A stretch of 24,000 nucleotides of DNA, taken from sequence record MT024872.1; one strand, 5' to 3'. Below, piece by piece: positions 6,098 to 14,415 of this stretch. A program made the translations under genes and the position numbers. Source of the stretch: Streptomyces phage Muntaha. Position 1 is the first letter of the stretch. Each line of letters opens with the position of its first letter. A model generated the notes under the pieces. The model made no database searches. It was not told the origin of the DNA and saw nothing but the letters and a program-made list of their open reading frames with translations.

Positions 6098-6570
6098 CCT
6101 ACGTCAAGGGCGATGCGACCAAGCCGCAGGGCGATGGCAAGAAGACTATCGCCCACATCTGCAACGATTCTGGGAGATGGGGCGCGGGTTTCGTAAAGGC
6201 AATTTCTCAGAAGTCCACGGAGCCCGAGCTGCGATACCGAGAATGGTACCGGCAGACCAAGGAGCGGGGAGACTATTTCTTGCCTCTTGGTCATGTACAG
6301 TTCGTGTCTTGCAGTGCCACAATCACTGTGGCTAATATGGTCGCGCAGCACGGGACATACAGTGCCAAGTACAACCCGCATCCAATTTCCTACGATGCGC
6401 TTGAGTATTGCTTGAACAAGGTTGCTCTTGTTGCGGAAGCGGAAAATTCCTCTGTCCACATGCCACGAATTGGCACGGGCTTGGCCCGAGGCAACTGGGA
6501 AGTCATTGAGTCGATTATCAATCGTACTCTGACTTTGCGGGATATTGACGTTACAGTCTATGACCTGTAA
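6091..6570 (+). CDS. macrodomain protein (ADP-ribose-binding / Appr-1''-p-processing-like)
   Basis: VKGDATKPQGDGKKTIAHICNDSGRWGAGFVKAIS...PELRYREWY...MPRIGTGLARGNW pattern. Confidence 0.85.
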   Translation: MVTYVKGDATKPQGDGKKTIAHICNDSGRWGAGFVKAISQKSTEPELRYREWYRQTKERGDYFLPLGHVQFVSCSATITVANMVAQHGTYSAKYNPHPISYDALEYCLNKVALVAEAENSSVHMPRIGTGLARGNWEVIESIINRTLTLRDIDVTVYDL

Positions 6571-6626
6571 AATGAAGGGGTTCCAATAAAAAGGAGCCCC
6601 TTCAAGCTCCCCAAAGAAAGTGAGGG

Positions 6627-6827
6627 ATGTTCGTGGTTGAGTGGATTGTTACTCAGTTTATGAAGTTGGCCGGTGGTACTGCACTGGCGGGAATCGCGTG
6701 GGTTTTCCTTGATGGCCTCATGGGTTATACGATTCCGTTCTGGATTATCTGGGTCGTCGCTGTACTGCTTGTGTATGGTGTTGTGTTCTGGTTGGAGCAC
6801 GGCGATAATCACTGGGATATTCTCTAG
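6627..6827 (+). CDS. 66-aa membrane protein
   Basis: ORF track; two hydrophobic segments. Confidence 0.7.
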   Translation: MFVVEWIVTQFMKLAGGTALAGIAWVFLDGLMGYTIPFWIIWVVAVLLVYGVVFWLEHGDNHWDIL

Positions 6828-6903
6828 TGATACTATGGGGCTACCCCACGGCCCCAAGCTTGTACATGCCCATTGGTTTTCTAAACAAAGGAGACTATAA
6901 CCA

Positions 6904-8838
6904 ATGCGACCGAACACTGTGGTTGTTAACCGTGAGGGTTCCCTGAGCGGTACCGAGCACAAGATGATGTTCGATGAGAACAGCGTTGCGCATCTGATGT
7001 CTGTTCTTACTGACCTTTATTCCGACCCCGAGCTGGCGGTCATTCGGGAGTACAGCACCAACGCTCTCGACTCTCAGATTGCGGCGGGTGTTTCTCGTCC
7101 GATTGAGGTCACTACGCCTAATCCGCTGTCCCCGTTCTTCAAGGTCAAGGATTACGGTCTTGGCATGGACGAGGACGACATTGAGAATATCTACTCCAAG
7201 TACGGCGCTTCCACGAAGCGTGATTCCGACTCGGTTGTGGGTATGCTGGGCCTGGGCTGCAAGTCGGCTCTGACCTATACGCAGCAGTTCACGCTTAACA
7301 CGGTCAAGAATGGTGTTAAGTACATGGTGGCTGTTTCTCGCACCGAGGATGGCTCTGGCGTTATGGAGGTTATTGACTCCACTCCGACCGATGAGCCGAA
7401 CGGTGTTGAGGTTGTCGTTCCGGTTAAGCGGCACCACGAATTTGAGCCCAAGTCCTTTGACTTCTTCAAGTTCTGGGAGCCGGGTACGGTTCTGGTGAAT
7501 GGCAAGGAGCCTGCGCACATTGAGGGCAACCCGGTTGCTGATGGCGTGCTGCTGGTCAAGGGTCTTCCCAAGGACTACGTTGTTATGGGTAATGTTCCTT
7601 ACCCGCTGGACGATGCCCACTCCCTGAGCGGTGGCAGCTACGGCTACTACCGGCGCTATGGAATTGTGGCGACCGTAGAAATTGGGGCGGTTAACTTCAC
7701 CCCGTCTCGTGAATCGCTCCACTACACGAAGCGCACAGAGGCTTCCCTGGCGGAGCTTAAGCGAGTCATTGACAAGCGGATGCCGGTTGCTATTCAGGAG
7801 CACATCGACGCTCAGGATGGCGAGCTGGATGCCTGGAAGGCGTACCACTCCTGGAAGGAAATTTTCGGCGGGTATTACGGTAACTCCAAGTACCTTCCTG
7901 CTAACTTCTCCTACAAGGGAGAGACGTTCGATGAGGTTGTCTCTCATGAGATGATGGTCTTCGACCTGAACGCTTATCGATACGCTGTTCAGGGAACCAC
8001 GAAGTTCAGCTTCCACGACCTCCTTGAGCGTACGATTATCTTCGGGTACGATAAGGACAAGGTTGCTGGAGCGCACAGAGAGAAGATGCGCGAGTACCAC
8101 CGTCTGAACGTCAAGAGCAGCCGGAATAGCAACAAGATTCTCATTACCGAGGATAAGCCTGAGATTCCGGACTGGCTGCCTGTTACCTACGTCTCTTGGG
8201 ATGACATCAAGAAGATTAAGGTGCAGCGTGCCCCGGCGACTCCTCGCCAGGAAGCCACGTTCGAGGTGTTCAAGGACGGCAAGACTTCCTATCTCACCAA
8301 GTCGAATATCTCTGCTACCAAGATTGTCCTGGTCAAGCCGGGTCATCACATGGGAGCTGGCGGTAAGAAGTTGGTTGAGAAGTTGACGCCAGGCGCGGCG
8401 GTTGTTACTCTTACTCAGAGCCGTTGGGAGTCCTTCAAGAAGAACTTCCCGCAGGCGCAGGGTATTCAGGATTATCTCAACGAGACCCTGGATGCTGCTC
8501 GTGACGCTCTGACCGAGGATGACCGGACGTACCTGTCCCTTGGGTACTCTGAGCGTAACTCCCTTGGCACGCTTGACGCTTCTCGAATTGATGACCCGAG
8601 CCTGGCTCAGCTCATCACGTTCCTCAAGACTCGTACTCAGTCTGCCACTGTTCAGCGATATGCTGACGCTCAGAGCATCTACTACGATGTTGCTGGTGTT
8701 ACGCTGACCAACCGGCTGGGTATTAACGACGGCAAGGATGCCCTTGCTGACTATCCTCTGATTGATGGGATTAACTCTCAGAATATGGAGGACGCCTACT
8801 TCTACATCAACGCAAAGTATGCTACGATGAATAAGTAA
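6904..8838 (+). CDS. rIIA-like: RIIA-like protein with GHKL-type ATPase domain
   Basis: IREYSTNALDSQ (N box), KDYGLGMDEDDI (G1), STKRDSDSVVGMLGLGCKSAL; followed by an RIIB-like gene. Confidence 0.85.
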   Translation: MRPNTVVVNREGSLSGTEHKMMFDENSVAHLMSVLTDLYSDPELAVIREYSTNALDSQIAAGVSRPIEVTTPNPLSPFFKVKDYGLGMDEDDIENIYSKYGASTKRDSDSVVGMLGLGCKSALTYTQQFTLNTVKNGVKYMVAVSRTEDGSGVMEVIDSTPTDEPNGVEVVVPVKRHHEFEPKSFDFFKFWEPGTVLVNGKEPAHIEGNPVADGVLLVKGLPKDYVVMGNVPYPLDDAHSLSGGSYGYYRRYGIVATVEIGAVNFTPSRESLHYTKRTEASLAELKRVIDKRMPVAIQEHIDAQDGELDAWKAYHSWKEIFGGYYGNSKYLPANFSYKGETFDEVVSHEMMVFDLNAYRYAVQGTTKFSFHDLLERTIIFGYDKDKVAGAHREKMREYHRLNVKSSRNSNKILITEDKPEIPDWLPVTYVSWDDIKKIKVQRAPATPRQEATFEVFKDGKTSYLTKSNISATKIVLVKPGHHMGAGGKKLVEKLTPGAAVVTLTQSRWESFKKNFPQAQGIQDYLNETLDAARDALTEDDRTYLSLGYSERNSLGTLDASRIDDPSLAQLITFLKTRTQSATVQRYADAQSIYYDVAGVTLTNRLGINDGKDALADYPLIDGINSQNMEDAYFYINAKYATMNK

Positions 8839-8894
8839 TAAGGCGATGGCCCCTCGGGGCCAAGCTCCCAAAAATCCAAACATTGGAGAAAATA

Positions 8895-10004
8895 GTGAGT
8901 GTCAAGTACAACCTCGTCGGTAATGGCGACGAGGCGAACATCACGGTTGTGGTGGACGGGGAAATGTACGTGGCGACCGGAACCCACGCGAACTTCGATT
9001 CCATTCTGGATAAGGCTCGTGCGGGTGACACTTCGGTCGTTGACCTCTTCGATATCAGCAAGACTGCTGAGAAGCGATTCGAGCGGCTTTCCGAGCGGGT
9101 CACCGTGGCGAACGGTCGAATCTACTTCGATGGTGAAGAGGTAGACAACGCGCTTACTACTCAGGTTCTTCGGTTTATCGACTCGGGTGTTGAGGACTTC
9201 GGTCCTCTGGTTGCCTTCTTCGAGAAGGTTATGACTAACCCGAACGAGCACAGCCGGGAACAGCTCTACCGCTGGCTCCAGCGTTACGAGTTCACCATTA
9301 CCGATGAGGGCGACTTCATCGCGTACAAGGGGGTTCGTACCGTTGAGGCCGAGCACAAGTACGAGAGCATTTCTCGCGGCAAGGCGATTTCGAATGGCGT
9401 TGAGTTTGATGGCGCTATTCCGAACCCGCTGGGTGCGGTTGTGGAAATGCCTCGTGGCAAGGTCCAGCACGACCCTTCGGTTGGTTGCCACACTGGCCTG
9501 CACGCGGGTACCTGGAGCTACGCTTCGGGATTTGCTCAGGGTGCGGTTCTGACCGTGGTTATTAACCCTCGTGACGTTGTTTCTGTTCCCACTGACTGTG
9601 AGGACCAGAAGTTGCGAGTCTGCCGTTACACCGTTCAGGAAGTCACCGAGGTTAAGTATTCCGCGCCGGTTGTCAGCTTTGATGACGAGGACGACGAGGA
9701 TTACTGCTACGAGTGTGGCGAGAACGGCTGTGAGGGTGAGTGCATGGAGTGCGACTCTTGCGGTTCTACCTGGTGCTACGATTACGAGTGCCAGAACTGC
9801 GATGACTGCGGTGAGCACGAGACCGACTGCCGGTGCTGTGATGAGTGCGGCTACCCGGACTGTGACTGTGAGGACGAGGAGGAGGAGACTCCCGCTCCTA
9901 CTCACATGAACCTGGATGACTTTGTGAAGGGCATCAACACTGTTGAGGGCTTCAAGCGCGGTTACCTGGGTAACGACTGGCCGGACGCTCCCTGGAATCA
10001 GTAA
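8895..10004 (+). CDS. rIIB-like: RIIB-like protein with Cys-rich acidic C-terminal extension
   Basis: EQLYRWLQRYEFTITDEGDFIAYKGV...HDPSVGCHTGLHAGTWSYASGF; GTG 8895 preferred over TTG 8883 because of SD TTGGAGAA. Confidence 0.8.
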   Translation: MSVKYNLVGNGDEANITVVVDGEMYVATGTHANFDSILDKARAGDTSVVDLFDISKTAEKRFERLSERVTVANGRIYFDGEEVDNALTTQVLRFIDSGVEDFGPLVAFFEKVMTNPNEHSREQLYRWLQRYEFTITDEGDFIAYKGVRTVEAEHKYESISRGKAISNGVEFDGAIPNPLGAVVEMPRGKVQHDPSVGCHTGLHAGTWSYASGFAQGAVLTVVINPRDVVSVPTDCEDQKLRVCRYTVQEVTEVKYSAPVVSFDDEDDEDYCYECGENGCEGECMECDSCGSTWCYDYECQNCDDCGEHETDCRCCDECGYPDCDCEDEEEETPAPTHMNLDDFVKGINTVEGFKRGYLGNDWPDAPWNQ

Positions 10005-10066
10005 GCGTTGAAAAATGAGGGCTCCTTCGGGAGCCCTCAAGCTTTTTTCTAACACCGGAGGTAAAA

Positions 10067-10822
10067 ATGAAGGTGCTAGTCCTGGGAGACTCCCATGGTC
10101 AGGGTCAGTGGCTCCGTGACAAGATTTACTGGGCCAAGAAGCAGAACGTGAAGACAATTATGCAGGTCGGGGATTTTGGTCTGTGGGACCACGAGCCCGA
10201 TGGCGTACGCTTCCTTGACTGGACGAATGAGGCTCTGCGCGAGACTGGCATTAAGCTGGTCTTTGTTGGTGGAAACCACGAGAACTGGGACCATCTGGAT
10301 TGGTACCAGAAGAACCTGCCCAAGAGCGACAACGGGCATGTTCACATTCGCAGCCACATTCGTTACACTGGCCGAGTTAATCGCTGGCAGTGGGATGGAA
10401 AATGGTTCCAGGCTGTTGGTGGAGCTGTCTCCATCGATAAAAACTGGAGGACCGTAGGCAAAAGCCTGTGGCTCCAGGAGGCTGTTCCCGAGCCGGTTGT
10501 GTATGGTCTGGAACAGGCCAACCGACAGGCTGATTATCTGTTCACGCACGATGCCCCGAGCTGTGTTCCTATGCGAGGGCTCAAGCCGGACGCGGATTCC
10601 AGCGCGCATCGTCAGCTCATGGACAGAATTGGGCGGGTTGTTCGTCCAGAGATTTGGTTCCACGGTCACTACCACAAGTGGATGGAGTACAGCTTTATGC
10701 ACCAGGAGGGATACTCTATGGTGTATGGGCTTGACCGGGATTACCAGTTCTGGAGTCATGTTATTCTGGACACCGAGACGAACGCAGTAACTCCCGCTAA
10801 TGGCAAGACTCACTTTGTCTGA
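10067..10822 (+). CDS. calcineurin-like metallophosphoesterase
   Basis: GDSHG, VGDFG, GGNHENW, WFHGHYHK metal-binding motifs. Confidence 0.92.
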   Translation: MKVLVLGDSHGQGQWLRDKIYWAKKQNVKTIMQVGDFGLWDHEPDGVRFLDWTNEALRETGIKLVFVGGNHENWDHLDWYQKNLPKSDNGHVHIRSHIRYTGRVNRWQWDGKWFQAVGGAVSIDKNWRTVGKSLWLQEAVPEPVVYGLEQANRQADYLFTHDAPSCVPMRGLKPDADSSAHRQLMDRIGRVVRPEIWFHGHYHKWMEYSFMHQEGYSMVYGLDRDYQFWSHVILDTETNAVTPANGKTHFV

Positions 10823-10909
10823 GTTTTGCTTTAGAAATCACCGTGCTATAATTGAATATAACGTTAGCAAGTTTCGACTCGCTGACAATCTAAGGAGGTG
10901 TAAGAAAAC

Positions 10910-11356
10910 ATGGCAGAAGAGAAGAACGAGCAGTCCCGTCGTCTGCTATCCGCCGATGAGCGTCGCGAGGCAGTCAAGCGTTCTGAGGATGAGGCAGCTA
11001 AGACCGAGTACAAGCCACGTACTGCGCATGACGTAGTTGGTGAGGTTGGCCCGGTTGACGTTGCTGATGCCAAGGAGCGTGCGCGTGAGGCTGGTGTAAC
11101 TGATGCTGCTTTCGTCGGATACGAGGAAGCACTTCACAACTACGAGTCTCGTCCAGACGTTGAGACCCTAAAGGAGCGCCGTGCCCGTGAGGCCGGTGAG
11201 ACTTTTGACGAGGCCGGATTCCGTCGTCAGGTTGGTGCAGTAGATAATGCTGGCGTAGTATCTACGGATACTGCGGTTAAGACCGACGAGAAGGAAAAGG
11301 CTGTCGCTGAGGACAAGACTGAGGCGAAGCCAGCGGCTCGCAAGTCTGCAAAGTAA
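10910..11356 (+). CDS. 148-aa charged hypothetical protein
   Basis: ORF track; SD AAGGAGG; upstream TATAAT 10847-10852. Confidence 0.8.
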   Translation: MAEEKNEQSRRLLSADERREAVKRSEDEAAKTEYKPRTAHDVVGEVGPVDVADAKERAREAGVTDAAFVGYEEALHNYESRPDVETLKERRAREAGETFDEAGFRRQVGAVDNAGVVSTDTAVKTDEKEKAVAEDKTEAKPAARKSAK

Positions 11357-11419
11357 GCCCTCTTTTTAGCTAAGGCCGAAGATTTTCGAAAGAATTTCTT
11401 CGGCCTTAAGCTTTTGGTG

Positions 11420-11449
11420 TTGACATTAGCCTTCGCAAAATGTTAACAT
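11420..11449 (+). promoter_or_regulatory. promoter TTGACA-N18-TAACAT (extended TGT)
   Basis: Inverted repeat ACATT/AATGT spans the spacer. Confidence 0.8.
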
Positions 11450-11491
11450 AGTTGTACAAAGCACAATTAAGCAACGAAAGGGTTTATCTTT

Positions 11492-11731
11492 ATGTCTCGA
11501 CTCACTCTCGACCTCAAGGCTGCTCACAAGTTCGTGAGCGACCAGCGTCGTATGGGCTCGGATATTCGGTGGGACGGCTGGGATATTGTTATCTGGAAGC
11601 CGACGCACTACGGATTTACGAATAAGCGTGGGGCCTTCCGCAACGGTCGTTGGGGAATGGAGACTCGCGTTGTCGTCGGAAACGACGGTACATGGAAGGT
11701 TCCGTTCAAGAGTGTCCGGTCTTCTCGATGA
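11492..11731 (+). CDS. 79-aa hypothetical protein
   Basis: ORF track. Confidence 0.75.
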   Translation: MSRLTLDLKAAHKFVSDQRRMGSDIRWDGWDIVIWKPTHYGFTNKRGAFRNGRWGMETRVVVGNDGTWKVPFKSVRSSR

Positions 11732-12020
11732 ACTAGGGATTGACCCGGAAGATTTCGAATGGCAAGACCTGGCTCTGTGCGCTAATATGCCGACTGAGCT
11801 GTTTTATGACAAGTACGAGTCAGACAGCGAAACGGCTAAGGCCACCGACCAGGCTTGCCTTCGGTGCCCTGTCATGAGACAGTGTTTTTTCGCCGGGTCT
11901 GATGGTGAGTATGGCACCTGGGGTGGGGTATACTGGAACGGAGCTGGTAAGCCAGACAAGAACAGGAACTCCCACAAGACCGAAGAGGTCTGGGTGGAAA
12001 TTCGTGGGAGGGTAATGTGA
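11712..12020 (+). CDS. whiB-like: WhiB-family iron-sulfur regulator
   Basis: Four cysteines in ALCAN...QACLRCPVMRQCFFAG plus YGTWGGVYW; GTG 11712 inside the 11586-12020 frame. Confidence 0.88.
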   Translation: MSGLLDELGIDPEDFEWQDLALCANMPTELFYDKYESDSETAKATDQACLRCPVMRQCFFAGSDGEYGTWGGVYWNGAGKPDKNRNSHKTEEVWVEIRGRVM

Positions 12021-12268
12021 GTAAGTATTCTCCTGCGGTCCAGAAAATCTTCAAGGCGATGAAGGCCCCTTACCAGGGCTTCATCGTGGATATTGTAGAA
12101 TATCCAGACTACCTTGCACTGCGTGTTTACAAGGACAACATCGAATCTTTCAGCGAGCCACAAAAGGTGGCGCTGGCTGAATATCTCTATCGCCTTAGAG
12201 ATGCAATCAAGTCCGAAGTCAACTGCCACATTGAGGGAGTCACTAATGCACCACCTGGAAGACGATAG
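12017..12268 (+). CDS. 83-aa hypothetical protein
   Basis: ORF track; GTGA overlap with the whiB stop. Confidence 0.75.
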   Translation: MSKYSPAVQKIFKAMKAPYQGFIVDIVEYPDYLALRVYKDNIESFSEPQKVALAEYLYRLRDAIKSEVNCHIEGVTNAPPGRR

Positions 12269-12443
12269 GGAAACCTACCGACTCATCTACATGATTGAAG
12301 AGGGTGTGTACGGAGTTCTGCTCAGCGAGGGAGCTTTTGCCTCGAAGGTCAGGTACACGGCCGGTGGTCTGGAATACGATGGCGTCTACGTCGGGAACGA
12401 TGAATTCCTTGAGCGTGACGAAATGATTGAAGAGGAAGATTGA
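12246..12443 (+). CDS. 65-aa acidic hypothetical protein
   Basis: Internal ATG of the 12114-12443 frame; overlaps neighbours. Confidence 0.65.
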   Translation: MHHLEDDRETYRLIYMIEEGVYGVLLSEGAFASKVRYTAGGLEYDGVYVGNDEFLERDEMIEEED

Positions 12444-12673
12444 TGGTTTGTAGTTCCTGCGGTAAGCAGCGAAATGAACTCAGCGCTCGCAAGTCGAAGT
12501 TGATGCCAGGTGTGCCTCTATTTCTCTGCACTGACTGCATAAAGGGAAAGAAGGAGCCGCGCTACCTCATCATTCTAGTCGGCAGGCAAAAGGGTCCTGA
12601 GTCGGTCGCTGAATATATCCGAAACTCTCGCTATTGTGGCGAACCTATTCTGGCAAGCGAACTGATTGCCTGA
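12440..12673 (+). CDS. 77-aa zinc-finger-like protein (CSSCGKQRNE...LCTDC)
   Basis: Two CxxC motifs; resembles small Cys-knuckle proteins common in actinophages. Confidence 0.8.
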   Translation: MMVCSSCGKQRNELSARKSKLMPGVPLFLCTDCIKGKKEPRYLIILVGRQKGPESVAEYIRNSRYCGEPILASELIA

Positions 12674-12776
12674 ATACCGAGGGTGACAGAAATGTCACCC
12701 TCAAGCTTTTTAGGTTTAAAATTCCGAAAACTGGGTATAGCTGGACTTTTAAGTAACCTCAAGTTATACTTAAGGC

Positions 12777-13202
12777 ATGTTCAGACTGAGATTTGTAAGG
12801 AATACAGCGGTACATCCCATGGACGTTGTGGAGGGAATACTTTCTCTCGCAGTGCTCCTGCATGGACTCTGGCTGATTAGCCCTTACTTCGTAACAAGCG
12901 CCTCGGTGGGCTCACTGATTCTCGACGGGGATAGCCTATTCCCAAGGGTCATTGGTCTTTCCCAGGCGGTTGTCTCAGGTCTCCATCTGTATACCCTTAT
13001 CAAAAAGCCTCGGGAGTGGGAGGTGATTCGTCGGGGAGCTTCGTTCTTCACGTTTACCCTCTACCTGTTTTACGGGTCGTCGTCTCTCATCCTCTACGGT
13101 CTAGGGAGGGTTACATGGATTACTACATTCGCTCTGGCATTCATTTCGGGTGTGGTATATCTAAGACTAAAATGGGAGGTGAGCCGCAGTGCCCGAGATT
13201 AA
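12777..13202 (+). CDS. 141-aa multi-TM membrane protein
   Basis: ORF track; several hydrophobic stretches. Confidence 0.75.
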   Translation: MFRLRFVRNTAVHPMDVVEGILSLAVLLHGLWLISPYFVTSASVGSLILDGDSLFPRVIGLSQAVVSGLHLYTLIKKPREWEVIRRGASFFTFTLYLFYGSSSLILYGLGRVTWITTFALAFISGVVYLRLKWEVSRSARD

Positions 13203-13479
13203 CCAGGCTTGGCTTGCCTTGTTCGCAGCGCTTCTCGGTGGCTCTGGCCTTAAGGTAATTGAGTATTGGCTTAACAGGTCTAAGGTTCAGCAGGACTCGG
13301 CTACGGCAATGCGCACCGAGTTGCGTGAAGAAGTTCGGGGCCTTCGCGAAGAGTTGCGACATGTCGAGGAACAGCTTGACTTGTGGCGCGGGAAGTATTA
13401 TGAACTCATGGACGAGTTCATGAAGGCAAAGGGAGACTTGGCCGAAGCTATGCGAAACGCTAATCGCGACAGCTCGTAA
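13189..13479 (+). CDS. 96-aa protein with N-terminal TM and coiled coil
   Basis: ORF track; one hydrophobic segment then REEVRGLREELRHVEEQLDLW heptads. Confidence 0.75.
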   Translation: MPEINQAWLALFAALLGGSGLKVIEYWLNRSKVQQDSATAMRTELREEVRGLREELRHVEEQLDLWRGKYYELMDEFMKAKGDLAEAMRNANRDSS

Positions 13480-13516
13480 GAGTTGTGGTAAAATAAGATA
13501 GAAAGGGGGTGCCGAT

Positions 13517-13795
13517 TTGGCGTTCTATAACGTAACTTCCTTCTGGTACGATGAGGCTACTGGCAACATCTTTGTACACCTAGTCAAGGATGTTGATGTG
13601 TCCTACGACCATCTACCAGAGGAGTCCGCACAGGACATTTACGAGGCTCAGATTTATCTAGATGGTGGTCTGAACCTCATTGGAAAGTCTCGTCCGTCTA
13701 GCACGGATGGAACTATCCAGGGTGGTCTATATGGTCGTGGTGCAGGTTCACCTGAAACCCCACCAGCTCAGCCGCTCGAAAGTGCCCCATCTTGA
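13517..13795 (+). CDS. 92-aa hypothetical protein, TTG start
   Basis: ORF track; SD GAAAGGGGGT. Confidence 0.65.
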   Translation: MAFYNVTSFWYDEATGNIFVHLVKDVDVSYDHLPEESAQDIYEAQIYLDGGLNLIGKSRPSSTDGTIQGGLYGRGAGSPETPPAQPLESAPS

Positions 13796-13821
13796 CAGAG
13801 CCAAACTGAGTCTGCTAATAT
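13792..13821 (+). promoter_or_regulatory. promoter TTGACA-N18-TAATAT for the Glu/Glu/Glu/Gly tRNA group
   Basis: Same architecture as the other promoters, including downstream AGAGATATC. Confidence 0.8.
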
Positions 13822-13877
13822 AGAGATATCAGGGATGCGGGAACGCCAATCGCCCCAAAGGATTGGCAAAAATTTAT

Positions 13878-13951
13878 GCTCCGGTAGAGTAACGGTTTAT
13901 CTCACTGGTCTCTCACACCAGAGATTGCGGGTTCGAATCCCGTCCGGAGTA
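13878..13951 (+). tRNA. tRNA-Glu(CTC)
   Basis: GCTCCGG/CCGGAGT acceptor; loop CTCTCAC. Confidence 0.9.
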
Positions 13952-14330
13952 CAAATGAAATGGATGTTTCCAGGGTGTTAATCGGCGGGTGGCCACCCAA
14001 CAAATAGATAGCCGAGCTTCCATTTCATCAGGGTAAGTAGCGGAAGCCCCGCTCGAAAGCCCGCCCATGCTCCGGTGTACGATGGAATGCAGCTTGGGTT
14101 TTCACCCCAAGTGTTCGCGGGTTCGATTCCCGTCCGGAGTACAAATGAAATGGATGTTTCCAGGGTGTTAATCGGCGGGTGGCCACCCAACAAATAGATA
14201 GCCGAGCTTCCATTTCATCAGGGTAAGTAGCGGAAGCCCCGCTCGAAAGCCCGCCCATGCTCCGGTGTACGATGGAATGCAGCTTGGGTTTTCACCCCAA
14301 GTGTTCGCGGGTTCGATTCCCGTCCGGAGT
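13951..14330 (+). repeat. exact tandem duplication, 2 x 190 bp (13951-14140, 14141-14330)
   Basis: ACAAATGAAATGGATG...CCGTCCGGAGT read base-for-base in both copies. Confidence 0.97.
14069..14141 (+). tRNA. tRNA-Glu(TTC), copy 1
   Basis: GCTCCGG/CCGGAGT acceptor; anticodon arm TTGGG-TTTTCAC-CCCAA. Confidence 0.92.
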
Positions 14331-14331
14331 A
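14259..14331 (+). tRNA. tRNA-Glu(TTC), copy 2 (identical)
   Basis: Same as copy 1. Confidence 0.92.
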
Positions 14332-14335
14332 CAAT

Positions 14336-14410
14336 CCACAGTAGAATTCAGGTGGCATCAGAATCAACCTCTAATGGGGAATTTCGCGGGTTCGAACCCC
14401 GCCTCTGTGG
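14336..14410 (+). tRNA. degenerate or unusual tRNA-like element (possible CTA anticodon)
   Basis: CCACAG/CTGTGG outer helix, D-arm-like ATTC-AGGTGGCATCA-GAAT, perfect T-arm GCGGG-TTCGAAC-CCCGC, but poor anticodon stem around CTCTAAT. Confidence 0.45.
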
Positions 14411-14415
14411 TGTAA

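Noticed and set aside
6895-8883. 662-aa minus-strand ORF opposite the RIIA-like gene
   Set aside because: Antisense shadow of a strongly biased coding frame; the + strand frame has GHKL motifs and an operon context, and the minus-strand translation has no recognisable motif.
8802-10157. 451-aa minus-strand ORF opposite the RIIB-like gene
   Set aside because: It spans the intergenic hairpin and is low-complexity V/L/R/N rich, as expected of a reverse-complement frame.
10076-10813. 245-aa minus-strand ORF opposite the phosphoesterase
   Set aside because: Shadow ORF with no independent start context or motifs.
13951-14330. CRISPR or retron interpretation of the tandem repeats and inverted arms
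   Set aside because: Only two 190-bp units with an embedded tRNA; no short repeat/spacer periodicity, cas genes or reverse transcriptase in the window.
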